NCBI RefSeq assembly: GCF_032062105.1
Contig: NW_026929454.1
Span: 62,001 to 126,000, forward strand
Reading direction: 5' to 3'
DNA from: Saccostrea cucullata
Lineage: Eukaryota
DNA: 64,000 nt
Part shown: positions 62,069-64,000 of the stretch, one piece after another
Numbering within the stretch: position 1 is the stretch's first letter
Layout: the number at the start of each line of letters is the position of its first letter
The notes under the pieces: generated by a model
What the model was told of the DNA's origin: nothing
Databases searched by the model: none
What the model saw: only the letters and a program-made list of their open reading frames with translations
Position numbers and translations under genes: made by a program

Positions 62069-63899
62069 TTAAAGTTTAAAACCAGAGAATGACGACCAAT
62101 TATCATAAGCAAATTTTCCATCTCTACCAAATGTCCTTATCCAGACATTATCATTCCTCTTCATTTTTATGATAGCAGATGAAGATGCACTATCATAATT
62201 AGAGCTTCCTGTTTTGCCTTCGGCATGACCGAAACCAATTACTTTTCCGTTATGAACAATCTCTGTTTTAAAACACGAACCTACATTGGTTAATATTGTC
62301 CATTGAAATGCGTAGAGGCCATCATCAGGTGCTGTGAATTTACCTGTTGTAGGGTTATAGGCGTTTCCAGAGTTCAGAGTCACTGTTCCAAATACTACAA
62401 TGACATTCACGCCAAGGTTCTCTTGTCTTTTGGTTAAACGTGCGTGAAAAGCAATTTCTAAAAAAAAAATGGCATTATATTTAACTATAGGTACAGAACA
62501 TAATTATTTAATATTTTCACACACTGTTCGAATGATGTGGACCTTTTAAATCAAGTAATGGACAATCAAACTTGATCAAAGTAAAATTATTACATTGATC
62601 AAATTTGATTACCATAGAGTTTTTTAACAAAAAGATTACATTTTTCAAACTTAATTAATGTAAAGTTCTGCATAACTGTACATTGATGAAGTTTGATTGC
62701 CCATTTACTTTAAAGTTTTACGTAACAAAAATTAACATACAATCAGATAATCATATTATTACAGTTTACAAAGAGAGTTTTACAAATTTTATACGATAAA
62801 TTAAAGTCAAGGTTTTTCGATCTCATTGATATCTGCTTTTTCAATAAAAATTCGTAAACTTGCTTCCCTTGTCATTGGTCATTTGCTAAATTATTAACTA
62901 AAGTTAAAAAGCATTCAGATTGTTCACAAAAGTACTCTTAATTCGACATAAAAAAGATGCTTAAGTTTCTGATTGACAATATCTATGTGGTTTTGGTGGC
63001 CAAGTCTTCCAACAATCTATTGGAATATCCCTGGGTACCAATATTGCGCCCCGTTATTATTAGCAGACCTATTTTTGCATTCATGTACAGCAAAATTTGT
63101 GCAAAATCTTGTGCGTTAAAGGATAAAACACTTGCCGTGGCCTTCATCTCGACATTTAGATATATTCACGGCGTATTGTCAATTAACAAGTTTAATTTCC
63201 ATTCTTCTATCGATACAATATATTTTGGTGAGCCTGAGGTAAAGCATACCAATGAGTCTCACACATCTGTTTTATATTTGGATATTTTACTTGAAAAAGA
63301 CGTTAATGGTAATCTAACAACCAAGCTATATGATAAACGTGAAGACTTTAATTTTTCTATCGTCAACTTCCCTTACTTGTACAGCAATATACCTTCTTAT
63401 GGAGTTTATGTAGCTCAGTTGATTCGATACAATCGATTCTATGGTCGATACAATGACCTTGTCAGCAAATACAATTTATCATTAGTCAAATGCTGACTGA
63501 CGTTTTTCATACTAATTGTTAGCTAATTATTTATACACTGATTTAAAGACGTTATTTCCCGATCACGACAAGGGGCACACAACGTGTGTGACCAGTCGGC
63601 AGGGAATTTTTACTCCTCCATGACACCTGATCCCACCTCTGATGATTTGGAGGTTCGTGTTTGTTCTGCTCCTCTTTCGTATTGTTTCATGGACCTTTGA
63701 TGTTAAACAAGGTTCGTCATTTCCATGTGTTCTATAGTAACTAAATACCTTTTTCCTTTCCTGTACAGTTCTTTTTTTCATATCCAATTCCTTGACAGAC
63801 TGTGTTGTATCTGTTGTACTTTCTGACGAAGTCTTGTGGGGTTTCTTTTGCATACACTTCAAGCAATATGCTCACAACAAGTAGTATCGCCTTCATCAT
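62069..63899 (-). CDS. C1qDC paralog D, intact secreted globular-head C1q protein (~179 aa); exons 63899-63749, 62457-62069
   Basis: MMKAILLVVSILLEVYA-KETPQDFVRKYNRYNTVCQGIGYEKKNCTGKEK|EIAFHARLTKRQENLGVNVIVVFGTVTLNSGNAY...WSSFSGFKL*. Phase-1 GT-AG intron; no collagen repeats. Confidence 0.92.
62790..63730 (+). mobile_element. Naiad-type PLE, antisense in the intron of C1qDC D
   Basis: Degenerate RT ORF 62957-63496 plus 3' motif at ~63570-63668; ends about 20 nt from the splice donor. Confidence 0.88.
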
Positions 63900-64000
63900 G
63901 TTAGACCTATTTAAAAACGTAAAAAAAAAGAAAGAGTGAAGGGCTTATTTATCTTTCAATTTTAAATTTGCTAACAAATGTTATACAGCAAAATATCTTT

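Overview
AT-rich, repeat-dense eukaryotic DNA. The repeat and gene families suggest a bivalve mollusc, most like an oyster (inference). All host genes lie on the minus strand between about 23 and 64 kb. There are five secreted globular-head C1q-domain (C1qDC) paralogs: one intact, three frameshifted and one decayed exon. Interleaved with them are two intact five-exon genes for an unnamed secreted protein of about 180 aa with 8 cysteines and a dermatopontin-like pattern; the ORF track largely misses these. The rest is mobile DNA: two copies of a TTAA-flanked non-autonomous DNA transposon, a truncated Gypsy LTR element with a tRNA-Leu primer site, about 11 fragments of a Penelope-like element with GIY-YIG upstream of RT (Naiad type) and a recurrent structured 3' RNA motif, a DIRS-type tyrosine-recombinase retrotransposon, a CR1/L2 LINE 3' fragment, tRNA SINEs, MITEs and Helentron-type elements. 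The most unusual item is a very young insertion into a (TA)n microsatellite: a 348-bp unit containing a tRNA-Leu-like Pol III head, arranged as one inverted copy plus tandem direct copies. All splice models and RNA structures were read by eye and need computational confirmation.
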